Shown: positions 29,358-42,205, counted from the first letter of the stretch. The stretch: DNA of 64,000 bases from Terriglobia bacterium (GCA_965218585.1 CBDCLE010000002.1:128001-192000), one strand, 5' to 3'. Numbers and translations: made by a program. The notes: generated from the sequence alone by a model not told the origin.

Positions 29358-31978
29358 CAGTTGCTGCCGGACCCTGAAATCGTAACGGCCCGGAATAAGG
29401 GGTCTGCAGACTGAAGAACGATCTGCGTGAGGCGAAACGGGTAGTCCGGCCCCTGATCTGCCAGGAACTCGCGGACAATCTCCGCTGCCGCAGGTGTGTT
29501 GTGGCCCGAAAGGAGCGCGCTCGTCCAGCTCCGTGGGAAGAAGATGTCTCCCGTGTCCCGAACTTCCAACAGTTCGTCCAGAGCGGGACGGATCAGCTCC
29601 AGAGATTCCCCGGCGCGTAACGGATGGTTCAGGAACCGCAATCCGGCCAACACCCAGGGTTCGCGTCCCCGATTGCCCGGATCGCCAATCCGGACGAAGA
29701 AAGCGGATCGCTCGTCGGGATCTTCCGACAGTGCCGAGATCACAAACTGGAAACGTTCGCGCCTGTCAGGATTCTCGATTCGATCCAGCTGCTGGGCGAG
29801 GATCTCTGACGCGCGCGGAGGTGAACGCAGAGCGAGTTGCTCGGCCATCGTCGTCTCGTCGACTTCTGAAAGACGTAGTCCGGGTATCGATGTTTCCCGG
29901 CTCCATACGCGTTCGAGAAAGTCGATTCCGTCCTGTGTCGACACGAGGGAGTAAAAGGCCGAAAAGTAAGCCGACTTCAGGCTCGACGACTCCGACCGTT
30001 CGATTCCATCCCGAAGAACGCGCTCGAGCCTCGGCGCCAGCTCTTCTCTTTCCGACGCCGGCAAGTAGCGCCAGTAAAGGGATCGGACGCCGTTGAGCAA
30101 CAACTGGACGATCTGCTCTGTGTCTTCCTCGGTGATGACGTCCAGAGCGAGATCCATCAGCGCCTGTGGCGGGATGCGCCCTCCCAACATCTCTTCCCAG
30201 AGCGTGACCCACACTGCACCGCGCGTTACCGCGTCGTCGAATGCCCCGAGGTACTCCAGAAGATAGGCCCGGCTTGCCTCGTCGAGGACGATATCGCCGT
30301 ACGCCAGACCGCTTCCACTGGGCAGGACGAAATCCGGACGAATCGAGGAGGCCGGTGCCACATCCACACGTTCCCCGGCGAAATCCACGGGAATGGTCTC
30401 GATGCTCCCAAACGTACCCACCAAAACATCGATCTGCTGGGTCCACTCGAGGGACCGGCCTTCGGCCGGGTCCGACTGGACGAGGCCCAGTGTGGCAACG
30501 CTCCCATCGCTGTCAGTCTGAACCTCGGTTCGAATGACGGGTCGGCCCGACTCTTCCACCCAGGTACGGCTCCATACCGCAAGGTCCGTTTCACTCCGTT
30601 CGTCGAGGATCTCGATCAGATCCGACCAGGTTGCGTTGGAGAATCGGAACCTGTCCAGGTAAACCTGAATCCCCTCGCGAAAACTGTCCTCGCCGACGAT
30701 ACGTTCGAGTTGCCGCATGACGATAGGCGCCTTCTGGTAGATGATCGCCCCGTAGAGACTACCGGCCTCGTTCAGGTTCAGCAGCTCCTGCTGAATCGGA
30801 TGCGTGCCCGCTGTGCGGTCGACTCCGTAGGCCGCTGGATAATTATTCGTCAAGAAAATCAGATCGTGGTCGACCTCGGGGAACGAGGGATTGACGATCT
30901 TGGCGGCCATAAAGTTGGCAAAGACTTCTTTCATCCACACGTCGTTGAACCAGCGCATGGTAACCAGGTCGCCGAACCACATGTGGGAGGTCTCGTGCGA
31001 TATCAGGCTGGCGCGGCTGAGCCGTTGCTGCTCGGTGGCTGTCTCCTCGAGCAGGATTCCAGAGTCCCGATAGAAAACGGCGCCCGGATGCTCCATGCCA
31101 CCGAACTCAAAGGCAGGTATCAGCGCAAAATCAAACTTGCCGAATGGGTATGGGATACCCGTGTAGTCTTCGAGTTGTTCCAGCGCAGTCGCATGGAGGT
31201 CGAACACTGCGTCGCGGTTGCGCTCGAGCTTGGCGGTGTCGGTCTCCCGGTGGAACATCCGGAAGGTCCGACCGTCACGCTCGGCCTCTTCCACTTGAAA
31301 CAGACCCGCGGCAAAGGCAAACAGATACGTCGGAATCAGTTCGGTCTCCGCGTAGCTAATGCGGACACGGTCCCCTGTTTCCTCACGGGAGGTTTCAGCA
31401 CCGTTAGCAACGGCCTGCCATCCCTGTGGGATCGTCAATTCGAGTGAGTATCGCGCCTTGAGGTCAGGCTGGTCAAAAACAGGAAAGACAAGATGAGCAA
31501 GCGCAGGAACGAAAAGGGTGTACAGGAACTCCGGGTTCCGGGTCAATGAGCTCTCACCGGCACGAAAGACAATCTCGACAGTGTTCTCACCAGTTTCAAG
31601 GGCGGCGGCAGGTATAACAACATGTCCGTTTGCCAGTTGGAAGTCGGCGTCGGAGCCACCCACAACCACCGACTGAACAAACGAATCAACGGAAGCGCCC
31701 TCTGCCACGGCGGGCTCGAAATCGAACGCGAGCTGCGCTGACGTGTCCTCGAGATCGAAGCGGGCTATGACACGGCCGTTGATCGGTTCGGTGACCTCGT
31801 CCGGTATGTCGAACCTCACCTCGTAGCGTAGATTGGAAATCCTCCCCGCACGCTCCTCGGCCAGTGCGATCGGTATCCCTTGTTCCGGAATGTTCGAATC
31901 TCCCCCTTCGGACCCGCAGCCCGCCAGCAGCAGGGCCAAGCAGACCACAACCAGACCTGACATTAAACGACTCTGCAT
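29357..31978 (-). CDS. pepN: M1 aminopeptidase (aminopeptidase N), lipoprotein
   Basis: LAGC lipobox, GGMEH, HETSH-x18-E, IIYQK. Confidence 0.92.
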   Translation of the reverse strand: MQSRLMSGLVVVCLALLLAGCGSEGGDSNIPEQGIPIALAEERAGRISNLRYEVRFDIPDEVTEPINGRVIARFDLEDTSAQLAFDFEPAVAEGASVDSFVQSVVVGGSDADFQLANGHVVIPAAALETGENTVEIVFRAGESSLTRNPEFLYTLFVPALAHLVFPVFDQPDLKARYSLELTIPQGWQAVANGAETSREETGDRVRISYAETELIPTYLFAFAAGLFQVEEAERDGRTFRMFHRETDTAKLERNRDAVFDLHATALEQLEDYTGIPYPFGKFDFALIPAFEFGGMEHPGAVFYRDSGILLEETATEQQRLSRASLISHETSHMWFGDLVTMRWFNDVWMKEVFANFMAAKIVNPSFPEVDHDLIFLTNNYPAAYGVDRTAGTHPIQQELLNLNEAGSLYGAIIYQKAPIVMRQLERIVGEDSFREGIQVYLDRFRFSNATWSDLIEILDERSETDLAVWSRTWVEESGRPVIRTEVQTDSDGSVATLGLVQSDPAEGRSLEWTQQIDVLVGTFGSIETIPVDFAGERVDVAPASSIRPDFVLPSGSGLAYGDIVLDEASRAYLLEYLGAFDDAVTRGAVWVTLWEEMLGGRIPPQALMDLALDVITEEDTEQIVQLLLNGVRSLYWRYLPASEREELAPRLERVLRDGIERSESSSLKSAYFSAFYSLVSTQDGIDFLERVWSRETSIPGLRLSEVDETTMAEQLALRSPPRASEILAQQLDRIENPDRRERFQFVISALSEDPDERSAFFVRIGDPGNRGREPWVLAGLRFLNHPLRAGESLELIRPALDELLEVRDTGDIFFPRSWTSALLSGHNTPAAAEIVREFLADQGPDYPFRLTQIVLQSADPLFRAVTISGSGSN

Positions 31979-32088
31979 CGCGCGATTATTACTTATGCGG
32001 GGTCGGGGAGTCCACCAGATAGGAGATTAAACGTCGTCTTTCCTTTCCGTATCCGGCGTTGATTTGAGAAATCGATTGCCTATGGATG

Positions 32089-33820
32089 CTATTCGACGCG
32101 CTCGGCTCTTTGGTCCCGACCGCCCTGGTGCAAAATGAGTGCCTCGGCCGTTCCTTCCGCGTCCGTTTCAAAAGTGATCTGGGCGTCTACGACCTTGTAA
32201 AAGTATTCGTGATCCGACTCCGCAAACACCTCCAGCCTGGGCTGTGTGGCCAATTGTACGAAGAGCTGGTCGTTTTCACGGGTAACAGTGAAGAAGGCGC
32301 CGGGTGCGAGTTGGTATCGACCCACATAGCCGTCGAACAGATCGGGATCCACGGCCGTTACTCTGTGTCCAAACCATTCTTCGATGGGATCCGCATCGGT
32401 GTCGAGTTTCTGCATGATCTGATCCCGACCGAGCTGGTGCAGAACCACGGCGTTGACCCTCCCCTCGGTATCAGATTCAAACGTGAGCTGTGCGTCCACG
32501 ATCCTATAGAAGAAATCTCTCTCTGTTTCGGGATATATCTCGGCGGCCGGCTGACCGGTAAGCTGAGCCGAAAGCTGATCGTCCGCGCGCGTGACGGTCA
32601 ACAGTATGTTCTCCGCGAGCTGATATCGACCCACATAGGCGTCGAGAAGTTCCGGGTCGATGTCGATTTCCGTACGTTCCTGCGGCACCTGGAGCAGGGG
32701 TGAGTTCGCGGGCAGCAACGGAAATGCTGTATTGATCAAGTGCTGACCTATGTCATCAACGCCTGGTCCGGTCGATCGATTCGTGAGCGCGACAACGCCT
32801 ACTCTCGTCGACGGGTCGTAGCCCGCGAACGCGCGATATCCACCAGTGCCTCCGTTGTGCCAGATCGTCTGGCGCCCTTCCTGCGTGCGGACGAGCCAAC
32901 CCAGGCCGATCTCTCCCGCCGGGCCTGCGGGCCTCCGCACGGAAGCCATCGCGGCCATCGCCGGGGCGAGATCTGAATCGGTATAGCCCAGATTCGCGGC
33001 AAGAAAAGAAAGCATGTCGTTGGCGGTCGATCGCAGGGCACCCGCACCTTCCAACGTCAAAACTTCCCAGTCGGGCACCGGTTCCAGCCGGCTGTTGTGC
33101 CCCCTAGCCTGCCGTGATCGCAGATCCAGCGACAACGCAATCCTGGTGTCATCCATCCCAAGTGGTTCGGTAATACGTTCCCTGATCATCGTCTCGTAAT
33201 CTTCACCCGCATGTAAGGCGAGGACGTGTCCGAGTAATCCGGCGCCCAGATTCGAATATTCGAATCTGGGCGCCGGGGTCGCGACCCAGTTCGTACTCCA
33301 CCAGGAAATCGTAGAGATCGTCTACCGAATACCTGGCATAGGGGTTGTCGGGGTTCTCCTCGGCTTCCAGGTTCGACGGCACGCGCGGCAGTCCCGAGCT
33401 GTGAGTGGACAGGTGTTCAAGAGAAATCGAACGACCGTTGCGTTCGTGCAACGTCACTTCCAGCGGCAGGAACTGCTCTACTGGATCATCCAAAGCGACC
33501 TCTCCTCGCTCGACCATGTCTGCCAGGACGAGCGAGGTAAACACCTTTGTGATCGATCCAATTTCAAAGACGGTGTCACCGTCCAACGAACGAGCATCAT
33601 CGGTTCCTGCACTGCCGTGCGACACGATCCTGCGGCCCTCGGGCTCGATGATACCGACGACGATACCCACACTGTCCTGCCGGTCTCCGAGGCGTTCAAC
33701 GAGAATCTGGCGGATCTCGTCGCTGGAAAGAACCGACGACTCAGACGCTGATTGTGCGGTGAGAACGAACGAGAACGATACGATCGCGAGTACGCACGTG
33801 ACGAAATCACGTTTCTTCAC
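32089..33820 (-). pseudogene. Serine hydrolase (class C beta-lactamase-like) with two DUF3471-like repeats, frameshifted near 33268
   Basis: FEIGSITK (SxxK) in the upstream ORF and WHNGGTGG in the downstream ORF. Removing one C restores PGARFEYSNLGAGLLG. Confidence 0.88.
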
Positions 33821-33980
33821 GGTTCCTCCTGAGCGTGCCTCAATGGCAACTGGGGCGTCGAACCGACTATCTATAGAGAGAAGGTACTTTAGATCTAACT
33901 ACAGGTCGCGATTCGAGGCAAGAAACTAGCCAACGCAGTGACTATCCTACCGTCGTCTACGAAAAATAATCTCGAGAACA

Positions 33981-34007
33981 GGAACTTCCTTCACGGGTCG
34001 GTGTCTA
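33981..34007 (+). promoter_or_regulatory. SigmaE-like promoter upstream of the TonB gene
   Basis: GGAACTT-N15-GTCTA. Confidence 0.45.
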
Positions 34008-34224
34008 TGGATGGAAAGACTCTCTCGAAGGAGTGGAACGATATGCGAAGGCGAACGCTAGCAGTGTATTCCCTGGTTGTGGTTTCTTTCATCTTGCTCG
34101 GCAGCTCAGTAGCTACAGCTCAGTTGCGGGTCGATGCAGGGGAGATGGCCGAGCGGATTACGTATCAGATTCCGCCCCGGTATCCCCTGCAGGCACGGGA
34201 GGCCCGGATTCAAGGCGCGGTTCA

Positions 34225-35567
<1,343 letters not shown>

Positions 35568-35741
35568 GATGACTCCCATCCTCTCAAGAAATGGAGTCTC
35601 CGGAAAACCCGGGGCGGTTCACTGCCAGCTGTGGCCCAATGGCGTTACGATCCGTACCGTGTGGACGGACAGCCCGTAGCAGTCGCCACTACAGTCAACG
35701 TCACTTTCACTTTGAACTAGAAGAGATCGGCGGTTCGCCGG

Positions 35742-36311
35742 CTATTTGAGCCCTAGCTTCTTACCTGCGGCTAGAGTACGCAGTGCTTCATCAAGCCGTC
35801 GAGCCTTCGTTTCCTCTCGCTTGGCCGAGTCGATCCAGCCTATATACGCACGACGGTAAGAAGGTGCCAGTTTTTCGAAATACTGCCAGGCACGCTTGTT
35901 AGAGCGAAACGCTTTTTCGATGTAGGCTGGAATCGACCTCGCAGGTGGTGGCGGCGAGTCGTAGCTTTGACTCGTTGGCGCACGCCTCAGTCCCGGTTCA
36001 GCCAGTAACCCAAGCGTCTTGACGTTGGCGTACCGTTTCCGATTCACTGTCGACCACTTGCTGTCGGCCTTACGCGGCGTGAACTTACGGACATAGCGGA
36101 CATCGTCAATGCGTTTGATGATGCTGTCAATCCAGCCAAAGCAGAGTGCTTCCTCTACAGCATCGTTATAGTCGAGGGATCGGAGGCCTGTGCTGCGCTT
36201 GTTGAAGACAAGCCAGATTTCCGGTTCGGAAGCGTGGTGCTTGCTCAACCAGTTGCGCCACGCTCTGCGGGTCTTTACCTCGAGTTTCTTGATGACCCCC
36301 TTTGACACCAA
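35742..36311 (-). CDS. YdeI/OmpD-associated family protein
   Basis: WRNWL, EALCFGWIDS, SAKREETKARR. Confidence 0.92.
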   Translation of the reverse strand: MVSKGVIKKLEVKTRRAWRNWLSKHHASEPEIWLVFNKRSTGLRSLDYNDAVEEALCFGWIDSIIKRIDDVRYVRKFTPRKADSKWSTVNRKRYANVKTLGLLAEPGLRRAPTSQSYDSPPPPARSIPAYIEKAFRSNKRAWQYFEKLAPSYRRAYIGWIDSAKREETKARRLDEALRTLAAGKKLGLK

Positions 36312-36335
36312 TTCTACGCCTCCAGGAAACCAGCC

Positions 36336-36923
36336 TTATAAACTCAAGTTCTTCACAACGCCCCTCAGCATGCCGGCCTGGCCAAGGTGCATCAGGGTGT
36401 GGTTGAGACCCCACCAGAGGAGTGCTGATTCCCGCGATCGGCCTGGAATGAATTGCTCTGCGTCTGAACTACAGACACCCGCCTCAACTGCCAGACGAAC
36501 GTCGGACACGTCGACCCCAGCATCCCACTTGTCGGGCCACAGGTCTTTGACCATCTCTCGTGTTCGGGTTCCTACCTCATCGCGATAATCCCAGAGCGCC
36601 GGCAGGTTAATCTCTTCGGAAAGGTTTCTCACTTCATCCTTTGAGGTGCTCACGTCCCGTCTGGACACATTCAACCGATCACTCCAGTTTTCCTCGTTAA
36701 ACAACTGCCCTCGACTCATCACGACACAACTGACGTAGCCGTCCTCGACTCTCGCTATATGCCAAAACAACCATGCGAACGAATTCATCCCATGCGGTTG
36801 CACTCGCAGTTGGGCCTCTGTCATTCCTTGGAGTAAGTAATCAATGTTGAAGGGGTCCGCCCGAGCCACGGCTTCGGTGTGTACGAACGCATGGTCGCGC
36901 AAGAAGCGCTCAATCGGCGTCAT
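36336..36923 (-). CDS. DinB-like protein
   Basis: NSFAWLFWHIARVED and HTLMHLGQ. Confidence 0.85.
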   Translation of the reverse strand: MTPIERFLRDHAFVHTEAVARADPFNIDYLLQGMTEAQLRVQPHGMNSFAWLFWHIARVEDGYVSCVVMSRGQLFNEENWSDRLNVSRRDVSTSKDEVRNLSEEINLPALWDYRDEVGTRTREMVKDLWPDKWDAGVDVSDVRLAVEAGVCSSDAEQFIPGRSRESALLWWGLNHTLMHLGQAGMLRGVVKNLSL

Positions 36924-36996
36924 TAAGACTCCCTACGAGGACCGCTCGTACTCTTCGGTCGGTATTTTGGCATCAATCTGTGTGTTCCGACTCGAT

Positions 36997-37799
36997 TCAT
37001 CTAAAGATCTTTAGAAGCCAATCGACGACTCGAGGTTTGCCGCAAATCATGTTGTAGGCCAACCTCCCATCAGCCAACTTCTGGGTGCCCGTGATAACGA
37101 ACCTACCTCCGGCCTCCTCTATAAGCAACTGCGTGGCCGCAAAGTCCCAATAGTTCAGATAGTAGTCGACCATCGACCGACCGAACCCTTGACCGCAAGC
37201 GTGTGACCGAAGCAACCGCGAATTGTTCTGACGAGGGGGTGACTGTCCAGCAGCAGTTTGAATTTGCCAATAGAGTTCGCCAGTCTGAAGGCGTAGATGT
37301 CTCCAGTGGCGACCATTTCATCTTTAACCTGTTTCGCCTCGATGTCCTTTATGACAACTCTCGAGCCGTTGCAGTGCGCCCCACCACCTGAAACCGCGTG
37401 ATAGAGCAGGTTCAAACTCGGATGATTTATGACAGATACGATCGGCCGATCCTTGTGACACATAAAAATGATCGTTCCGTAGGAGGGAAACCCGAACGTA
37501 AAGTCCAACGTTCCATCTATGGGATCTATCCACCATCTGTAATCAGAGTCCTTGCTGCTCCTACCCAATTCCTCGCCTGTCACATCGTGCTCGGGAAAGG
37601 CCTGCTTGATGTCTGCTCGAATCATTTCCTCTACACCAGTATCCACGTTCGTAACGAAGGATCCGTCGTCTTTCGTCTTCGTTTGGAAACCGCAGACGAC
37701 CTCCTTCCTGATAAACGAGTCGGTTTTGCGAGCAGCAGACAGGGCTACCTTTAGGAAGCTTTCTTTTTCTTTGCGGGAAGGACCCATTGTCCCTTTCAC
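36997..37799 (-). pseudogene. Inositol monophosphatase family (HisN-like), frameshifted near 37175
   Basis: GEE and WWIDPIDGT in one frame; WDFAA...EEAGG in another. Confidence 0.85.
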
Positions 37800-38599
37800 G
37801 GCAGAAAACGGATCTCAAACAAACTCGGCCACAGCTTTCCTGTCACGAAGACGCGGTCGGTCTCCTCGTCATAAGCGATTCCGTTCAGGACACCGTCGGG
37901 GTCAGCCATCTCTACTTGTCCGACGATGTCAGACAAGTCCAGTCGACCCACGACCTGTCCCGTCTCCGGGGAGATCTTCAGGATCTGGTTCGTGTACCAG
38001 ACGTTCGCGTAGACATGGTCTCCTATGTACTCAAGCTCATTCAATTGACGGATCGGCCCGTTGGCATCCGTCACTTCTATCTGACGCGTCAACTCGAGAG
38101 AATCCGGGTCCAGAAAGTACAGGTACGCTGAGCCATCGCTCATGATCAGGTGCGTTCCGTCCTCGGTAAGACCCCAGCCTTCACGTGAATAACTGAACTG
38201 CGCCCGAACCTCGAACGATTCCTTGTCGTATATGAAACCCGTTCGCGAAGTCCACGTCAGTTGGTAGATCCGGTCGCCAAACGCCACAATACCTTCACCA
38301 AAGAACTGCGATGGTAGGACAGCCTCCTGCAAAACCGTTCCGGTCTGGAGGTCTACCCTGCGCAAGTATGATTGGCCGTTGCGTCCTGTACCCTCAAACA
38401 GAAATCCGTTCTCGAAATACAGGCCCTGGGTGTACGCGTTGGGATCGTGAGGATAGACCGCAACGACCTCATGACGAATAACATCAGTACTTTCCTGACG
38501 GCGCGAGAAAACGATCGTAGCCGAGAGCAATATCGCCAAGCCGCCTGACAACCACAGCAACCGCCGCCCTGAACGAGCTTTTCTTGTGCGTCGCGTCAT
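37796..38599 (-). CDS. Glutaminyl-peptide cyclotransferase (type I)
   Basis: YPHDPNAYTQGL, FGEGI, EGWGLT, LNELE, VLNGIAY, TGKLW. Confidence 0.93.
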   Translation of the reverse strand: MTRRTRKARSGRRLLWLSGGLAILLSATIVFSRRQESTDVIRHEVVAVYPHDPNAYTQGLYFENGFLFEGTGRNGQSYLRRVDLQTGTVLQEAVLPSQFFGEGIVAFGDRIYQLTWTSRTGFIYDKESFEVRAQFSYSREGWGLTEDGTHLIMSDGSAYLYFLDPDSLELTRQIEVTDANGPIRQLNELEYIGDHVYANVWYTNQILKISPETGQVVGRLDLSDIVGQVEMADPDGVLNGIAYDEETDRVFVTGKLWPSLFEIRFLP

Positions 38600-38624
38600 G
38601 TCCTTATCGCGATCAACGTCATCG

Positions 38625-38987
38625 TCAATCTTCGTCTTCCAGGTCCCATTCTCCACTATCCGCTCTTTCGAGCAGATCGCGAGCGTCGGTTTCGAACTCG
38701 CGAGGTACCAGGACCTCTGTCCCCTGGTGTCCACCGTAGATCTTCTGGAGTGTATCGGCGCGAACTTCGGCCGGAATCCCATTGGCCTGAAGAAACGCGC
38801 AGATCTGCTGCAGTTCAAAAGATGAGAGAGCGTCCGAAACAGTGACGTAGTCGGAATACTCGGGTTCCGGGCCTTCCTCGGACTCGACCGGTGCAATCGC
38901 AGGAAGATGGTCGACTAATTCGACCCCGCAATCGGCACATCGAACGAACCCGGGACGGTACTCAGATCTACATTCAGGACAATACAT
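38625..38987 (-). CDS. Zn-ribbon + DUF2007 protein
   Basis: MYCPECRSEYRPGFVRCADC and LQANGIPA. Confidence 0.85.
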   Translation of the reverse strand: MYCPECRSEYRPGFVRCADCGVELVDHLPAIAPVESEEGPEPEYSDYVTVSDALSSFELQQICAFLQANGIPAEVRADTLQKIYGGHQGTEVLVPREFETDARDLLERADSGEWDLEDED

Positions 38988-39019
38988 CCATGTCTCCGTG
39001 GCCTGGCCTGACTTTCCGC

Positions 39020-40325
39020 TTAGATCTTATCGCGCTTGCGGAGAGGTCGTTCCAATCGGTGTGTAAAAAGAGAAGGCGGTGTACGCTTTCGGTGAATTCG
39101 AAACCGTAAGCAATCCCGGCAGCAATCGGGAGAAAGGTACACCACCCATGAAGAAGAAGAACATACCGGCATCAGTGGCGTCAACGAACGCGTATGAAGG
39201 TTTGGAGGACTGGTCGGAGCCTTGTCAGACGGGCGCAAAGTGGTGTTGGCCTGTGAGAGCGGGCAGCGGGAAAGCAAGGAGTCCTGGAGCCGCATTCTGC
39301 GCAATCTCCAGAGACGGGGCCTGAAGCTGGGACGGCTGACTGTCGCGGACGGTCACCTGGGCATCTGGTCCGCGCTGGCCGAGCAACAGCCCCAGGGCCA
39401 GGAACAGCGCTGCTGGAACCACAAGTCGATCAACGTGGTCGATCATCTGCCGAAGACCGAGCAGCCCGCGGCCAGACAGCTGCTTCATGGGATGGCCTTC
39501 GCGAACTCCCGCGCGGCCTGCGAACGAAAGCGGGATCAGTTCGTCCGCCGATATGAGAAGAACTATCCCAAAGCGGGTGAGACGCTGTTGCGGGACTGGG
39601 ACCGGATGATTACTTTCTATGAGTTCCCGAAACAACACTGGGTGCATCTGAGAACGACCAACATCGTCGAATCGCCCTTCGACATGGTTCGCCTCCGTAC
39701 CAACGCCGCTCGCCGATTCAAGCGTGTCGAGAATGCAACGGCAATGATCTGGAAGCTACTACGTGTCGCTGAGAAGGCTTGGCGACACTTAAAAGGATCC
39801 GAACTCTTACAAGAGGTCTATGATGGTCAGCAATTCGCTGACGGCATCAGAGTCGTGATGAAATCGAAGGCCGCCGCCTGATGACTTTTACACACCTTTT
39901 GTAATGACCTCCTTGCGGATTATTTCACGGCGCTCGAACTGTACCGCTGATTTCGGCGGATCTCGCCATCGCATCGCAGCGGCAATGGCGGGCGGAACCA
40001 AAATGACCTGAGGTTGGGCTTCGTATCCACCGTGTTCGTGGTCGATACATTCGTCCCCGAACGCTATGTGACCCCGGTCAAGATCAAAAGGCGAAGTCTC
40101 GATCGGCTCACCGGTCTCGTCCTGAACCGTAAACCAGCACAGGTAATCATTCTCACCGATGATCTCTCGAAAGATTATTTCGAGCCGCATGCCTTCCCGG
40201 TCAAGGGTTTCGAGGGCCTCATCAACCCTGTCGTTGATCATTTTCAGCCATTCGTCCACACGAGCGGACTTCCCTTCTTTGATGCGGAGTCGGGTGAGTT
40301 CTACTTTCAAGGAATTTTCCTGCAA
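39020..40325 (-). CDS. DUF6176-like protein; last 4 codons displaced by IS256
   Basis: TLDREGMRLE motif. The original end RK|RDKI* resumes after the TSD and stops at 39020; the current frame ends inside the IS at 39888. Confidence 0.65.
39043..39911 (+). mobile_element. IS256 copy with a 496-bp internal deletion (869 bp)
   Basis: Both ends intact; TSD CTTGCGGA; deletion junction GAGGACTGG|TCGGAGCC near 39214. Confidence 0.93.
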
Positions 40326-40480
40326 ATATTACTGTCCCTACGGAACAAGAATTTGATAGAGCTTATGGAAGGCGGGGACAGGGGTCAATTAATTAGGCGA
40401 AATCGCTTCGGAACACTAGTCTCTGTTAGGTCAAGCACCGCCACCTCACATAAGCTGGTCGTGGCCAGAACGGATGCGCG

Positions 40481-40753
40481 ATGAATGAAGCAGCAGCACC
40501 TTCGAAAAAAAAGACCGTTGAAGTGTTCAGCGGAGGATGCCACCTCTGCCAACAGGCCGTGCATTTGGTGAGGAAAGTCGCCGGCGATTCCTTTGACGTG
40601 CAAGTACGGGACATCCACGATCCCGAACACGCCGCTGCGGCTGAGGGTTACGGAGTCGAAAGATTTCCGGCCGTAGCACTGGATGGAAAGCTGACCGACT
40701 GCACGATTGGCATGACCGAAGAATCACTCCGGTCTGCCGGCGTCGGAACCTAG
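40481..40753 (+). CDS. Glutaredoxin/thioredoxin-like protein
   Basis: VEVFSGGCHLC and YGVERFPAVALDG. Confidence 0.85.
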   Translation: MNEAAAPSKKKTVEVFSGGCHLCQQAVHLVRKVAGDSFDVQVRDIHDPEHAAAAEGYGVERFPAVALDGKLTDCTIGMTEESLRSAGVGT

Positions 40754-40775
40754 GACCACTCGTCCAGGTGCGCCG

Positions 40776-41258
40776 CTATTCCGGATTCGGATCGGGATCG
40801 ACCTCCGTGGTCGTCACCGGGCCCATCCCAATGATCTGGACGACAACGGCTTCGTCCTTGGCGCCATCGTAGTGAATGCCACCGGCCGGGTGCTTCACGA
40901 AACTGCCGGCCTCCATCGGAACCATTTTCTCCGGATCGTAAACCTTGGCGTCCTCCCCGAGCGCAACCCACCAGGTCCCCTCAATCACGGTGACGTATCG
41001 ATCCTCGCTGTGAAAATGCGGTCGAGTGTTGACGCCCGGGGGGAACGTGTTCCGGACAACATAGACACCAGGCTCGTCGACACCACCCGTGATCCAGACC
41101 CGGCTGATCCCATCTCCCTGTTCGGGCCTTATGACGTCGGGCTGAAGAGCAATAAACCCGGCGTCGGTCTCTCCCGACTGAGCAAGACCCCACAGCCACG
41201 GGCCCATCACCAGAAAGGCTCCCAGAACCAGTGCCACGGGCTTTCCACTCATACGCAT
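40776..41258 (-). CDS. Exported cupin domain protein
   Basis: Signal peptide, PHFHSEDR, HPAGGIHYDGAK. Confidence 0.88.
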   Translation of the reverse strand: MRMSGKPVALVLGAFLVMGPWLWGLAQSGETDAGFIALQPDVIRPEQGDGISRVWITGGVDEPGVYVVRNTFPPGVNTRPHFHSEDRYVTVIEGTWWVALGEDAKVYDPEKMVPMEAGSFVKHPAGGIHYDGAKDEAVVVQIIGMGPVTTTEVDPDPNPE

Positions 41259-41477
41259 CGCGCTACCCCCAATCCTTCGATTTCGCGCTGTCCGCCGGAA
41301 ATCGGGGAAATCATATAAGACGCAGGGGTTGGCGTCAAAGCCATGATGGGCCCTCACGTCTGTTCCGCTGCGGTCATAGCAGGTGCCCACATCTGGGTTG
41401 AACTTCGAACCCGTGATCGCTAGAGTGTTGCCCTCAAGCCAAGACGACATCCGCATTCCAGATGGAGGAAATGAGCA

Positions 41478-42149
41478 ATGGGAGAGATGATCGAACTCAA
41501 AACCGAAGACGGCCAGACTGTTTCGGCTTATCGGGCAGACCCAGAGGGCGAACCCCGCGGTGGACTGGTGCTGATACAGGAAATATGGGGCGTCAACAGT
41601 CATATCCGCAACGTGGCCGATGGTTATGCCGCCGAGGGCTACGTCGTAATCGCGCCCGCGCTGTTTGATCGTGTCGAACCCGGCGTCAGGCTCGATGAGT
41701 ACACCCAGGAGACGATGCAGGAAGGCTTTGGCTACATGCAGAAGGTCGACATCGACAACGCCCTACTGGACGTCCGCGCTGCAAGAGACATCGCCTCCAG
41801 TGCAGGGAAAGTAGGTGTCGTGGGTTTTTGCTTTGGGGGACGAGTCGCGTGGCTGTCCGCCTCACGCGTCGACGGAATCGCCGCGGCCGTTCCCTATTAC
41901 GGCGGGGGTGTCCCGGATCTGGCGGCTGAACAGCCCAAGTGCCCGGTCGTCCTGCATTTCGGTGAGCAGGATGAGCACATACCTGTTGCTTCAGTCGAGG
42001 AGTTCAAGAAGGTCCATCCGTCTCTTCCCGTGCACCTCTACGACGCCGACCACGGATTCAATTGCGACCAGCGCGCTTCCTACAACGAGGCCGCAGCCAA
42101 GCTGGCGCGAGAACGCACACTGGAACTACTGCATCAGCATGTCGGGTAA
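41478..42149 (+). CDS. Dienelactone hydrolase family protein
   Basis: QEIWGVN, GFCFGG, GEQD, HGF. Confidence 0.95.
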   Translation: MGEMIELKTEDGQTVSAYRADPEGEPRGGLVLIQEIWGVNSHIRNVADGYAAEGYVVIAPALFDRVEPGVRLDEYTQETMQEGFGYMQKVDIDNALLDVRAARDIASSAGKVGVVGFCFGGRVAWLSASRVDGIAAAVPYYGGGVPDLAAEQPKCPVVLHFGEQDEHIPVASVEEFKKVHPSLPVHLYDADHGFNCDQRASYNEAAAKLARERTLELLHQHVG

Positions 42150-42205
42150 ATCTCCGATAGCGCGAACTCGCCCTACACCTGGCAGGACAGAGACCTAACT
42201 GATTC

